Origin: an uncultured Candidatus Rokubacteria bacterium
Lineage (GTDB): Bacteria > Methylomirabilota > Methylomirabilia > Rokubacteriales > CSP1-6
Direction of reading: 5' to 3'
Assembly: GCA_963771355.1 (NCBI GenBank)
Contig: CAVYTA010000008.1
Span: 64,001-128,000 of the forward strand
DNA length: 64,000 bases
Shown here: positions 45,488 through 56,172 of the stretch, one piece after another
Numbering within the stretch: position 1 is the stretch's first letter
Layout: every line of letters starts with the position of its first letter
Notes under the pieces: generated by a model
Databases searched by the model: none
The model's input: the letters and a program-made list of their open reading frames with translations, nothing else
What the model was told of the DNA's origin: nothing
Position numbers and translations under genes: made by a program

Positions 45488-46254
45488 TGCCGCTGTTCGG
45501 CGCGCTCGAGCTCGACCGGGCCGCTCCGCGCCTGGCCACCTTGCGCGACCTCGACACCGAGCCGTGGACCCTGCCCCAGGCGGAGATCCTCCAGCTGGCG
45601 TTCGAGGTGCCGCGCGCCACGCAGGCGTTGCTGCCGCGCGCCATGCACCCCGCCATCCCCCCCTACGTGACCCTTCACGTGACGCGCTACCCGGAGAGCC
45701 CGGCGGGCCCGTTCGCGCTGGCCACCCTCCGCCTGATGGCGCGGGCGGGCGCGCATCCGCGCGGCTTCTTCCTCGGCGCGGTGGCGAGCACGCCCGAGGC
45801 GGCCGCCGCGCTCCGCGAGCGCTGGGGCCTTCCCGCCGCCGCGGGCACGGTGACGCTGCGGCGCCGGCACGACCGCGTGATGGCGTCCGTCACCCGCGAC
45901 GGCGCGCCCATTCTCGAGTGCGCGCTGGTGGATCCTCAGCCCATCTCGGGCGGCGACGTGCAGTACATCCACTCGGTGACCCTGGCGCAAGTCCCGCTCG
46001 ACGGCACCACCGCCCCGTGGCTGGTGCAGGTGGACCCGCGCTACACCTTCCACAAGGCGGAGCGGGGCCGGCCCGAGGTGAGCCGGCTGGACGCGGAGGC
46101 CTGGAACGCGGCCGCGGTGCGGCTGCTCAATCCCATCGCGGCCACCGTCTGCACCGTCGATACCGATCTGCCCCGCATCCGCTTCGTCATGGACCCGGAG
46201 GTGCCGGCCTGGAAGGGCACGCGGAAGATCCGCGACTCGCGGGAGGCCCTGTGA
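45487..46254 (+). CDS. Acetoacetate decarboxylase family protein
   Basis: ALLPRAMHP, ESPAGPF and ERWGLP segments; TGATG coupling; the usual WG.PK Lys is not seen. Confidence 0.65.
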   Translation: MPLFGALELDRAAPRLATLRDLDTEPWTLPQAEILQLAFEVPRATQALLPRAMHPAIPPYVTLHVTRYPESPAGPFALATLRLMARAGAHPRGFFLGAVASTPEAAAALRERWGLPAAAGTVTLRRRHDRVMASVTRDGAPILECALVDPQPISGGDVQYIHSVTLAQVPLDGTTAPWLVQVDPRYTFHKAERGRPEVSRLDAEAWNAAAVRLLNPIAATVCTVDTDLPRIRFVMDPEVPAWKGTRKIRDSREAL

Positions 46255-47135
46255 GCGGGGGTGGCATCGGGGTCGTGCGCGCCCATCTCGCCAAGATTCC
46301 CCCGGCGAACACCGTGGCGGAGCGGCGGGCGCAGTACGACCGGGCCGAACGGGTCTTTCCCTTGCCGACCGATGTCAGCGTCAAGCCGGTGCACGTGCCG
46401 GCCATCCCCGCGGAGTGGATCGAGCCGTCGGCCGCGCGCGAGGGCGCCTTCGTGCTCTATCTCCACGGCGGCGGCTACGTGATCGGCTCGCCGAGGTCGC
46501 ACCGTCACCTGGCCGCCTCCATCGCGGTGGCCGCGCGCGCCTCCGTGCTGCTCCCCGACTACCGGCTCGCGCCCGAGCACCCGTTCCCGGCCGCGCTCGA
46601 GGACGCGGTGGCGGCGTATCGCTGGCTGCTCGATCGCGGCACCGCCCCGCGCCGCATCGTCATCGCGGGCGACTCCGCGGGAGGCGGCCTCACCGTGGCC
46701 ACGCTCGTCGCGCTGCGCGAGCGCGGGGTGCCGCTGCCCGCCGCCGGCGTCTGCATCTCGCCGTGGGTGGACCTCACCGGGAGCGGGGCCTCCTATGCCA
46801 CCAAGGCCGCCTCCGATCCCATCGTGACCCGCGACGGCGTGATGGAGATGGCGCGCGCGTACCTGGGCGCCACCGACGCCCGGACCCCGCTGGCCTCCCC
46901 GCTCTTCGCCGACCTCACCGGGCTCCCGCCGCTCTTCATACAGGTTGGCACCGAGGAAGTCTTGCTGGACGACGCGATGGAGCTGGCCGAGCGCGCCAAG
47001 GCGGCAGGGGTGGAGGCCACGCTGGAGCTGTGGCCGGAGATGGTCCACGTCTGGCAGTGGTTCTTCCCCATGCTCGACGAAGGCCGCACCGCCATCGACG
47101 GCATCGGCGCCTTCGTGCAGGCGAAGACGGCGTGA
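46251..47135 (+). CDS. Alpha/beta hydrolase (HSL-family esterase)
   Basis: HGGG, GDSAG, EVLLDD and HVW motifs. Confidence 0.92.
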   Translation: MSGGGIGVVRAHLAKIPPANTVAERRAQYDRAERVFPLPTDVSVKPVHVPAIPAEWIEPSAAREGAFVLYLHGGGYVIGSPRSHRHLAASIAVAARASVLLPDYRLAPEHPFPAALEDAVAAYRWLLDRGTAPRRIVIAGDSAGGGLTVATLVALRERGVPLPAAGVCISPWVDLTGSGASYATKAASDPIVTRDGVMEMARAYLGATDARTPLASPLFADLTGLPPLFIQVGTEEVLLDDAMELAERAKAAGVEATLELWPEMVHVWQWFFPMLDEGRTAIDGIGAFVQAKTA

Positions 47136-47145
47136 GGGCGACCCC

Positions 47146-48144
47146 ATGACGACCGCCACCCGGAGCGCGCTCCACACCCCGATCTGCGATCTCCTCGGCA
47201 TCCGCTACCCGATCTGCCAGGCGGGCATGGGCTATGTGGCGCGTTCCGCGCTGGCCGCCGCCGTCTCCGAGGCGGGCGGGCTCGGCGTCATCGCCGCCGC
47301 CAACCTGACCCCACGCGAGCTGAGGGAGGAGATCCGGAAGGTCCGCGACCACACCGATCGGCCGTTCGGCGTGGACATCCTCTTTGCGAGCGTGCGCGTG
47401 TCGGGGAGCGAGGCGGACCAGTTCACCGACACGGTGCGCGCCTGGGCCGACGTGACGCTCGAGCTCCAGGTGCCGGTGCTGGTGGCCGGGCTCGGCAATC
47501 CGGGGCCGGTGACCGCGGCGGCCCATCGCCAGGGCATGAAGGTGATGGCCCTCTGCGGCAACGTGAAGCAGGCGCTCGATCACGCCGCCAACGGCGTGGA
47601 CGTGGTGATCGCCCAGGGCCACGAGGCCGGCGGCCACACCGGCCGCATCGCCGGCATGGTGCTCATCCCCGCGGTGGTGGACGCGGTGGCACCGCGCCTG
47701 GTGATGGCGGCGGGCGGCATGGCCGACGGTCGCGGCATCGTGGCCGCGCTGGCGCTGGGGGCCCAGGGCGTGTGGATGGGCACGCGCTTCATCGCCACGC
47801 CCGAGGCGTACTGCCACGACAACTACAAGCAGCGCGTGGTGGAGCTCGAGGAGGACGGCACCGTGGTGACGCGCGCGGCCAGCGGCAAGCCGTGCCGCCT
47901 CATCCGCAACGCCTTCACGCGCGAGTGGGAAAAGCGCGAGGCGGAGATCCAGCCCTTCCCCATCCAGGGCGCGCGGGTGGGACGCGAGGCCGGCATCCGC
48001 GCGCGCGAGCAGGGGGATATCGAGAATGGCAATGCCCCGTGCGGCCAGTCGGCGGCGTTGATCCGCGGGATCGTCCCCGCCGGCGAGGTGGTGCGCCGCC
48101 TCGTGGCGGAGGCCGAGGACGTGCTCGCGCGGCTCGCCCGTTGA
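47146..48144 (+). CDS. Nitronate monooxygenase / FabK-like flavoprotein
   Basis: AQGHEAGGHTG, AAGGMADGRG and MGTRF motifs. Confidence 0.9.
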   Translation: MTTATRSALHTPICDLLGIRYPICQAGMGYVARSALAAAVSEAGGLGVIAAANLTPRELREEIRKVRDHTDRPFGVDILFASVRVSGSEADQFTDTVRAWADVTLELQVPVLVAGLGNPGPVTAAAHRQGMKVMALCGNVKQALDHAANGVDVVIAQGHEAGGHTGRIAGMVLIPAVVDAVAPRLVMAAGGMADGRGIVAALALGAQGVWMGTRFIATPEAYCHDNYKQRVVELEEDGTVVTRAASGKPCRLIRNAFTREWEKREAEIQPFPIQGARVGREAGIRAREQGDIENGNAPCGQSAALIRGIVPAGEVVRRLVAEAEDVLARLAR

Positions 48145-48158
48145 GGCGCGAGACCTTC

Positions 48159-49337
48159 ATGGTCTCGATCCGCCTCATCGCGCTGGTGGCGAGCTTCGCC
48201 GTCCTGCTGGCGGGGGCCCGCCCCGCGCCCGCCCAGCAGACGCTGCGCGTCGGGGCCTCGCTCTCCCTCACCGGCACCTACGCCAAGCCCGGCCTCTACA
48301 GCCGCGAGGGCTATGCGCTCTGCCAGAAGCACCTCAACGAGGGGGCGGGGGTGCTGGGGCGGCCCATCGAGTTCGTGATCTACGACGACCGGTCCGATCC
48401 GCAGACCGGCGTACGCCTCTACGAGAAGCTCATCACCGAGGACCGCGTGGAGGCCGTGCTGGGGCCTTACTCCTCCGCCATCACCGAGGCCGTCGCCAAT
48501 GTCGCCGAGAAGTACAAGAAGCTCCTGCTCGCGCCGCTGGGCTCCGCCGGCAGCATCTGGGAGAAGGGCCGGCGCTACGTGATCATGATGGTGTCACCGG
48601 CGGAGTCGTACATGGAGGGGCTGCTCGACCTCGCCGCGAAGAACGGGCTCAAGACGGTCGCCTTCATCTACGAGGACACGCTCTTTCCCAAGACCTCGGT
48701 GCGGGGGGCGATGGCGAGCGCCCGCAAGCGCGGGCTCGAGGTCGTGTTCCTGGAGGCCTATCCCAAGGCGCAGACCGACTTCGCCGCGCTCCTCACCAAG
48801 ATCAGGGCCGTCCGCCCCGACGTGCTCGCCGCCGCCACCTACTTCGACGACGTGGTGGCCATCACCCGCCAGATGAAGGATCTGGACGTCAACGTGAAGA
48901 TGTTCGGCACCACCGTGGGCGGCGATCTGCCGGAGTTCTACAAGGCGCTGGGCCGCACCGGCGAGTACGTCTACGGCGCGTCCCAGTGGGAGCCGAGCCT
49001 CACGTATCCCGGCGCCCATGAGTTCGCCGCCACCTACGAGGCGGAGTTCAGCCGGCCCCCGTCCTATCACGCGGCCGCCGCCTATGCCGCCTGCTTGCTG
49101 CTGGCCGAGGCCATCAACCGCACCGGCAGCCTCGATCCCGAGCGCCTGCGCGACTACCTCTTCAAGCTCCGGACCACCACTGTCTTCGGCGGCTTCGACG
49201 TGGACGAGCGCGGCTATCAGGTCGGCCATCGCATGGTGACCATCCAGTGGCAGGAGGGCCGTCAGGTGGTGGTATGGCCGGAGGACGTCGCCACCGGCAG
49301 GATTCGCTTCCCCACCCCTCCCTGGAGCCAGCGATGA
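48159..49337 (+). CDS. Orphan amino acid ABC substrate-binding protein
   Basis: Signal peptide; GASLSLTG, YDDRSDP and LGPYSS motifs. Confidence 0.88.
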   Translation: MVSIRLIALVASFAVLLAGARPAPAQQTLRVGASLSLTGTYAKPGLYSREGYALCQKHLNEGAGVLGRPIEFVIYDDRSDPQTGVRLYEKLITEDRVEAVLGPYSSAITEAVANVAEKYKKLLLAPLGSAGSIWEKGRRYVIMMVSPAESYMEGLLDLAAKNGLKTVAFIYEDTLFPKTSVRGAMASARKRGLEVVFLEAYPKAQTDFAALLTKIRAVRPDVLAAATYFDDVVAITRQMKDLDVNVKMFGTTVGGDLPEFYKALGRTGEYVYGASQWEPSLTYPGAHEFAATYEAEFSRPPSYHAAAAYAACLLLAEAINRTGSLDPERLRDYLFKLRTTTVFGGFDVDERGYQVGHRMVTIQWQEGRQVVVWPEDVATGRIRFPTPPWSQR

Positions 49338-51373
49338 TCCAGACCATCCGTACCGCCTGCGCCCACGATTGCCCCGACCAGTGCTCGCTCATCGCCACCG
49401 TCGAGGACGGGCGCCTGCTGAAGCTCCAGGGGGACCCCGATCATCCGATGACGGCCGGCTTCGCCTGCGCCAAGGTGAACCGCGAGCACGAGAGCGTGCA
49501 TTCCCCGGAGCGCGTGCTCACGCCGCTGCGCCGCACGGGGCGGAAGGGCGAGGGCCACTTCGCGCCGGTGACGTGGGAGGAGGCGCTGGCGGAGATCGTC
49601 GAGCGGTGGACGCGCATCGCGGCGGAAGACGGCCCGCTGGGGCTGCTCGGCTATGCCTATAGCGCGCACCAGGGCCAGCTCAACCGCGGGCTCCTGCTGG
49701 GGCTCTTCCACGCGCTCGGGAGCACGCGGCTCATCGCGGGCACCGTGTGCGACTCCTGCGCCGAGGCGGGCTGGGACGCCGCGGTCGGGAGCATCGGCGG
49801 CAGCGATCCCGAGAGCGTGGTGGAGTCGGACCTGATCGTCTCCTGGGGCGCGGACCTGCTCACCACCAATCTCCACCTCTGGCCCCTGGTGGAGCAGGCG
49901 CGTGCCAGGGGCGCGAAGCTCGTCGTCATCGAGCCGCGGCGCAGCGCCACCGCCGCGCGGGCCGACTGGCACCTGCGCGTCAACGTGGGCTCGGACGCCG
50001 CGCTCGCGCTGGGCGTGATGCACGTGCTCGCGCGCGAGGGCCTCTGCGACCGCGACTACCTCGCGCGCGAGACGCTGGGCTTCGAGCGGCTGGAGCGCGA
50101 CGTGCTGCCGCGCTTCACCCCCGCGCGCGTGGCCGAGATCACCGGCGTCTCCGTGGCGGACCTCGAGCGCCTGGCGCGGATGTACGGCGGCGCGCGGGCG
50201 CCCTTCATCCGGCTGGGCGAGGGGATGTCGCGCACGCTGCAGGGCGGCCAGGCCATCCGCGCGGTGGCGCTCTTGCCCGGCGTGGTGGGCGCCTATGCCA
50301 AGCGCGGCGGCGGCGCCCTCCTCATGACGGCGACGGGGTTCGGCGTCGACTCGAGCGCCCTCCGCAAGCCCTCCGGTCCCGCGGCCACGCGCACCGTGAA
50401 CCACTCGCGGCTCGGCGAGGCGCTGCTCACGTTCAAGGACCCGCCCATCCGCGCGCTCTTCGTGGCCGCCAACAATCCCGCGGTGACCTGTCCCGACTCG
50501 GCGGCGGTGCGGCGGGGGCTCGCCCGCGAGGACCTCTTCACCGTGGTCCACGACCCCTTCCTCTCGGACACCGCGCGCTACGCCGATCTGGTGCTGCCCG
50601 CGGCGACCCACTACGAGAGCGAGGACGTCGTGCGCGCCTACGGGACCTACTACCTGCAGTTCGTCGCGCAGGTCGTGCCGCCGCAGGGGGAGGCCTGGTC
50701 GAATTGGCGGCTGGCCCAGGAGCTGGCGCGGCGCCTCGGCGTGAAGGACCCGGTCTTTTCCATGGACACGGACGGGCTCATCCGCGCCCTGTTCCGCAAT
50801 GCCAGGGGGCCGGCGGCCACCCTGGATCCGGCGGCCGTGCGCACGGCGGGGCCCATCCGCGTGACCGATCCGATCGCGGTGGGAGCCGGGCGTCCCTTCG
50901 GCACGCCGTCGGGGAAGCTCGAGTTCTACTCGGAGACGCTCGCCGCCCAGGGGCTGCCCGCCTTGCCGGACTGGCAGCCCGATCCCGACGCGGCCGAGCG
51001 AGGCCGGCGCTGGCCGCTGCGGCTCCTCACCGCGCCCGGGTATTTTCAGGCGCACACGGCCTACGCGGGCGTGGCCTCGCTGCGGAAGAAGGCGGGCCCG
51101 CCCGAGTGCGTGCTCCATCCCGACGACGCGGCGGCGCGGGGCCTCCACGCGGGCCAGCCGGTGGAGCTCTACAATGACCGCGGCGCGGTGACCCTCGTGC
51201 TGCGGGTGAGCGACGAGACCTCGCCCGGCGTGGCCTTCGTGCCCGGCCAGCGGCCGGTGGGCGAGGCCCTGGCCGGCACGATCAATATGCTGTGCTCCAC
51301 GGAGTACAGCGACATGGGCGACGGCGCGACCTACCAGAGCACGCGGCTCGAGGCACGCGCCCCGCGGGCCTGA
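49334..51373 (+). CDS. Molybdopterin-dependent oxidoreductase
   Basis: CAHDCPDQC...C Fe-S motif; TARYADLVLPA and TPSGKLEF motifs. Confidence 0.9.
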   Translation: MIQTIRTACAHDCPDQCSLIATVEDGRLLKLQGDPDHPMTAGFACAKVNREHESVHSPERVLTPLRRTGRKGEGHFAPVTWEEALAEIVERWTRIAAEDGPLGLLGYAYSAHQGQLNRGLLLGLFHALGSTRLIAGTVCDSCAEAGWDAAVGSIGGSDPESVVESDLIVSWGADLLTTNLHLWPLVEQARARGAKLVVIEPRRSATAARADWHLRVNVGSDAALALGVMHVLAREGLCDRDYLARETLGFERLERDVLPRFTPARVAEITGVSVADLERLARMYGGARAPFIRLGEGMSRTLQGGQAIRAVALLPGVVGAYAKRGGGALLMTATGFGVDSSALRKPSGPAATRTVNHSRLGEALLTFKDPPIRALFVAANNPAVTCPDSAAVRRGLAREDLFTVVHDPFLSDTARYADLVLPAATHYESEDVVRAYGTYYLQFVAQVVPPQGEAWSNWRLAQELARRLGVKDPVFSMDTDGLIRALFRNARGPAATLDPAAVRTAGPIRVTDPIAVGAGRPFGTPSGKLEFYSETLAAQGLPALPDWQPDPDAAERGRRWPLRLLTAPGYFQAHTAYAGVASLRKKAGPPECVLHPDDAAARGLHAGQPVELYNDRGAVTLVLRVSDETSPGVAFVPGQRPVGEALAGTINMLCSTEYSDMGDGATYQSTRLEARAPRA

Positions 51374-51398
51374 CCGCCTGGCCTGAGCGTCCCGCCGC

Positions 51399-52193
51399 TC
51401 AGCGCCCCTTGAAGACGGGGCGGCGCTTCTCCGAGAAGGCCTTCACGCCTTCCTGGTAGTCCTCGCTGTTGAAGCAGTCGGCGATGAGCTTGTCCAGCAG
51501 CGCCAGATCGCGCTCGCCCGACGGCCGCAGGAGCTGCTCCACCGTGGTCTTGGCCGAGTGGATGGTGAGCGGCGCGTTGCGGGAGATCCGGAGGGCGTAG
51601 TCGCGGGTGAAGGTCTCCAGCTCCGCCTTGGGCACCACCTGGTTCACGAGGCCCATGCGCAGCGCGTCCTGGGCGCTGAAGTCGGTGCGCGCGGTGAAGA
51701 AGAGCTCCTTGGTGTAGGCGGGCCCGATCAGCTTCATCAGCTTGTCCATGCCGTGATAGTGATAGCCGAGCCCCAGCCGCGCGGCGGGAATCCCGAAGCG
51801 GGCGTCGTCGGCGGCGAGGCGCAGGTCACAGTTGAGCGCCATGCCGACGCCGCCGCCCACGCAGACGCCGTGGATCATGGCCAGCAGCGGCTTCGCCAGC
51901 GTGGCGAGCGCCGCCGCCCCGCGCGCGGAGATCTTCCGGTACTCCGCCTCGTCCGCCATGTTGCGCCGCCGGTCCTTGAACTGGGAGATGTCCGCGCCGG
52001 ACACGAAGGCAGCCTCCCCCGCGCCCCGCAAGATGACCACGCGGATGCCGTCGTCGCCCGCCAGGTCCTCCACGTAGCCGGGCATGAGCTGCCACATCTC
52101 CTGGTTCACGGCGTTTCGCTTCTCGGGCTGGTTGAAGATGATCCAGCCGATGGGCCCGTCCTTCTCCAGCAGCAGCGGCGCGGTCGCGCTCAT
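51399..52193 (-). CDS. Enoyl-CoA hydratase/isomerase family protein
   Basis: KRNA, FVSGADI, GGG and EGVKAF motifs. Confidence 0.92.
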   Translation of the reverse strand: MSATAPLLLEKDGPIGWIIFNQPEKRNAVNQEMWQLMPGYVEDLAGDDGIRVVILRGAGEAAFVSGADISQFKDRRRNMADEAEYRKISARGAAALATLAKPLLAMIHGVCVGGGVGMALNCDLRLAADDARFGIPAARLGLGYHYHGMDKLMKLIGPAYTKELFFTARTDFSAQDALRMGLVNQVVPKAELETFTRDYALRISRNAPLTIHSAKTTVEQLLRPSGERDLALLDKLIADCFNSEDYQEGVKAFSEKRRPVFKGR

Positions 52194-52305
52194 GGGGGCG
52201 TCCTCCTGCGGAGAGCATCGCACACTTTGACTTGGCGGGAGGCGGCGCGTAGCATCGGCGCAACCGGGTCGGTCGTGCCGTGTTGGTGACCGCGGGGGAG
52301 GGGTC

Positions 52306-53589
52306 ATGGCCTTCGACTACAAGCAGTACTTCGGTGACATCGTGGTGGCGCAGAACCTCGTCACCCGGCCGGAGGAGCGCACCTGGCGGCTGGCCGCGCC
52401 CCCGCCCGATGCCGAGCATCACGACATCGTGCTCTATCTGGGCTGCAATGTCCTCCGCACCTCCCACATGATCAAGACCGTCACCGCCATCTTCGACCGG
52501 CTGGGGCTGGACTATGTCGCGGTGGGCGGGCCGACCTACTGCTGCGGCATCGTGCATCACCAGAACGGCGACACCGCCGCCTCCACCGGGATGAACCGGC
52601 GCACGAAGGAGCTCTTCGAGCGCTACACGCCGCGCGAGGTCGTGATGTGGTGCCCGTCCTGCATCTACTTCTACGACGAGGTGCAGAAGCTCGACCTTCC
52701 ATTTCCCACGCGGCATACGGCGGAGTTCCTCGCCGATCGGCTGGGCGAGCTCCCCCTCTCACCGGTGGCGGCGCGCCGGGTAGCGCTGCACGGCCACGGC
52801 GTCGGCGAGGCACGCCGGCGCGAGGGCGAGGCCGGCCGCCGGCTGCTGGCCGCGGTGCCGGGCCTCACCGTGGTGAGCCTCGAGCCCGACGAGCGCTTCG
52901 GCCGGAGCTGCAACCCCGCGCTCATGCAGAACCTCGGCCCCGAGGGCTGGCGCGCCCTGGCCCTGGGCGAGCTCGACCGCGCCCTCGCCGCGGGGGCGGA
53001 CACCTTCGCCGGCATGTATCACGGCTGCCAGCGTCAGCTCTGCGCCTTCGAGGCCGAGCGCCCCATCACCATCGAGCATTACCTGACGACGTTCGCGCGG
53101 GCCCTCGGCATCGAGTTCGAGGACACCTTCAAGAAGTACCGCCTCTGGGCCGACCCCGACCGCATCTTCGAGGACTCCACGCCCTGCCAGCAGGGGAATG
53201 GCGTGGACCCCGCCCGCGCGCGCGACCTCATCGCGCGGACCTTCGTGCCCATCGGCGCGGTGGCGCCCGGCCCGGCCGCGGGGACCTGGGCGCAGGTCAG
53301 TCGGGTACTGGCACGCCCGACGCGCCTGCTTGGTAGCTGTGGAGGCGGCGTGCGCGCGGGGCGGGGGGCGTGTGACATCCTCGCATTACAACATATGGCC
53401 CCGATGCTGAGAACCGTCGGGCTCATCATGTCATTCACATTCGGCCTTCTCGCGGCGCGTTCGCGGAGAAGCGCAGCCGCGGGCGAAGGTCTCTCGGATA
53501 GGGTTTCTCGCGACTTGCCGACGCCCCACGATGAGGCATTGCGGCAAGGCCTCCACGAGGTCAACTACGTGGAGGGCCGGAACATCTAG
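52306..53589 (+). CDS. CCG-domain (Fe-S)-binding protein; true end probably near 53300
   Basis: YLGC, YCCG, WCPSC and YHGC motifs; the last ~65 codons belong to the next degenerate gene. Confidence 0.75.
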   Translation: MAFDYKQYFGDIVVAQNLVTRPEERTWRLAAPPPDAEHHDIVLYLGCNVLRTSHMIKTVTAIFDRLGLDYVAVGGPTYCCGIVHHQNGDTAASTGMNRRTKELFERYTPREVVMWCPSCIYFYDEVQKLDLPFPTRHTAEFLADRLGELPLSPVAARRVALHGHGVGEARRREGEAGRRLLAAVPGLTVVSLEPDERFGRSCNPALMQNLGPEGWRALALGELDRALAAGADTFAGMYHGCQRQLCAFEAERPITIEHYLTTFARALGIEFEDTFKKYRLWADPDRIFEDSTPCQQGNGVDPARARDLIARTFVPIGAVAPGPAAGTWAQVSRVLARPTRLLGSCGGGVRAGRGACDILALQHMAPMLRTVGLIMSFTFGLLAARSRRSAAAGEGLSDRVSRDLPTPHDEALRQGLHEVNYVEGRNI

Positions 53590-54411
53590 ATAGAGCGTCG
53601 ATATTCGGAGGGTAAGCCCGAGCGGCTCCCCGACTTCGCCGACCGAGCGGTTGGCCTCAAGGTTGACGTCATCGTGGTCGACGCCTGCGGCGCATCGCTC
53701 AATGCCGCCAGTCAAGCTATCAGCGCGATCCCCATCGTCGTCGCTGCGTGTAAGATGACCTCGTTGCGGCGGGGCTTATCTCCAGCCTCGCCGACCGGGA
53801 GGTAACATCACCGGGCTGTCAGAGCTCACTCCGGAGCTCGGGGCCAAACGTCTGAGTTGCTGAAAGAGGCCGTCCCAGGATGAAACGCGTGGCCGTTCTA
53901 TGGAATACGACCTATTCGGAGCGGCTCAGTGCGCAACTTCCGCTTCTGGTCATCCGATTGGGTAGCGATGCGAGGCGGCAGTCCCAGGCGTTGGGCATCG
54001 ACGCTGCAATCGGTAGAGATCCGTGGTCCCGACGATTTCGATACCGCGTTCTCAGCCATGACCAAAGAGCGAGCGGACGCGATGATTGCATTCTCGGAGC
54101 CCCATCGATCGTCCTTCATCGGAAAACGCATCGCGGATCTCGCGGCGAAGATCCGCCGGCCGGCAATGTATGCATCCCGAGAGGTGGCGGAGGCGGGAGG
54201 ACTGATGTTCTACGGGCCGAGCAACGCTGACATGTTCCGGCGGGCCGGTGTTTATGTAGGCAAGATCTTGAAAGGGGCCAAGCCCGCAGATCTCCCCGAT
54301 GGAGCAACCCACGAAGTTCGAGCTGGTGATCAACCTCAAGGCCGCGAAGGCGCTCGGCACTCGCGATCCCGCAGTCGATCCTTCGCCGAGCGGACGAGGT
54401 GATCCGAGTGA
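53395..54411 (+). pseudogene. ABC substrate-binding protein (ABC_sub_bind type), multiply disrupted
   Basis: YVEGRNI*IERRY, PGGNITG, EAGGLMFYG, KILKGAKPADLP and EQPTKFELVINLK motifs across several frames. Confidence 0.8.
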
Positions 54412-55266
54412 AGGAGATGTGTCGCGGTGTGGCTGGCGGGCGTCCTGCTTCTCGGCGCGACGGCGCCGGTACTGGCCGAGACGGTTCTGGAGAAGATCCG
54501 ACGGACCGGGGTCCTCACCGCGGGGACGCGCGGCATCTCCATCTCTTTCGCATCCATCAACGAGAAGAACGAGTGGATCGGCTTCGCCATCGATCTCCTG
54601 GAAGCCATCCGGGCCCGCCTGGAGAAGAAGCTCGGCAAGCCCATCAAGCTCGAAAAGAGAGAGGTCACCGCGGAAACTCGCATCGGAGCCTCGTGGTCAA
54701 GGGGACCATCGACGTCGAGTGCGGGGTCCACCACCTACACTCGGAGCCGGGACGCGGCGGTGGACTTCTCCATCATCTTCTTCTTCACTGGTAATCAGCT
54801 CCTGGTGAAGAAGGGGAGCGGGATCAAGGGCCTGGCGGACGTGGCCGGCCGGCGGGTCGGGGTCGCCCGCGAAACGACCGGCGCACGAGCCCTCCGTGTT
54901 TCCCAGCCCAAGGCCAACGAGGTGACCTTCCCGGACCATCCGGCTGGCTTCCTGGCCCTCGAGCAGGGGAGGATCGCCGCCTATGCCGCCGACGGCATCC
55001 TGCTGGCCGGCTTCGCCGCGAAGGCCAGGAACCCCAAGGATTACGAAGTGGTGGGGGACTTCTTCTCGAAGGATCCCTACGCCTGCATGGTCCCGGAGAA
55101 CGACTCCAAGTGGCGCGACTTCGTGAACCATACCTTCATGGAGCTTATTGACAATGGAAAGTACTTCGAGCTCTACGACAAGTGGTTCGGGAAGCGGGCC
55201 GTGTTCCCCTATCCGATGTCGGATCAGGTTCGCAATTACATGATCATGCAGTCCATGCCGGAGTGA
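54408..55266 (+). CDS. Polar amino acid ABC substrate-binding protein (GltI-like), copy 1, with local frameshifts
   Basis: LEKIRRTG, VDFS and DSKWRDFVN motifs; LVVKGTIDVECG is out of frame at about 54690-54725. Confidence 0.8.
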
Positions 55267-55282
55267 CCGTGGAGGGCGTCCG

Positions 55283-56135
55283 ATGAAGAGATGCGTTGCG
55301 GTGTGGCTGGCCGGTGTCCTGCTTCTCGGCGCGGCCGCGCCGGTCCTGGCCGAGACGGTTCTGGAGAAGATCCGACGGACCGGGGTCCTCACCGCGGGGA
55401 CGCGCGGCATTTCCATCCCGTTCGCGTTCATCAACGAGAAGAACGAGTGGATCGGCTTCTCCGTCGATCTCCTGGAGGCCATACGGGCCGGCTGGAGAAG
55501 AAGCTCGGCAAGCCCATCAAGCTCGAAAAGAAGGAGATCGACCTGGTGACCCGGTTCAGCTGGTGGCCAACCGCGCGTGGACGTGGTGTGCGCGGCCGAC
55601 ACCAACACCCGGGGCCGGGACGAGACGGTAGACTTCTCGCTCAACTTCTTTTTTACCGGCGCCCAGCTCCTGGCGAAGAAGGGGAGCGGGATCAAAGGCT
55701 TGGCAGACGTGGTCGGTAAGCGCGTGGGCGCCGCCAAGGGGTCCACCGGCGAGAAAGCCCTGCGCGCCTCCCAGTCCAAGGCTGAACTGGTGACCTTCCC
55801 GGACCACGACGGAGGGTTTCCAGGCGTTGGAGCAAGGGAGGATCGTCGCCTACGCCAACGACGGCATTCTTTTGGTCGGCCTCGCTGCCAAGGCCAGAAA
55901 CCCAACGGACTACGAAGTGGTGGGGCGCTTCTTCTCGAAGGACCCGTACTCCTGCATGGTTCCGGAGAACGACTCCAAGTGGCGCGACTTCGTGAACCAC
56001 ACCTTCATGGAGCTGATCGACAACGGGAAATACTTCGAACTGTACGAGAAGTGGTTCGGGGAGCGCGGGGTAGTTCCCTATCCGATGTCGGATCAGGTTC
56101 GCAATTACATGATCATGCAGTTCATGCTAGAGTGA
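55283..56135 (+). CDS. Polar amino acid ABC substrate-binding protein, copy 2, frameshifted
   Basis: Four partial ORFs (55283, 55291, 55577, 55827) assemble into a paralog of copy 1. Confidence 0.8.
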
Positions 56136-56172
56136 GCTGGAAGCGCTGACTGGAAGCGCCACGGAGGCGACC

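Noticed and set aside
52306..53589. Novel Fe-S protein / SBP fusion
   Set aside because: The tail is read-through into the disrupted downstream SBP within an error-rich zone
56138..56159. CTGGAAGCGC direct repeat as a target-site duplication
   Set aside because: The copies are only 2 nt apart with no element between them; significance cannot be supported
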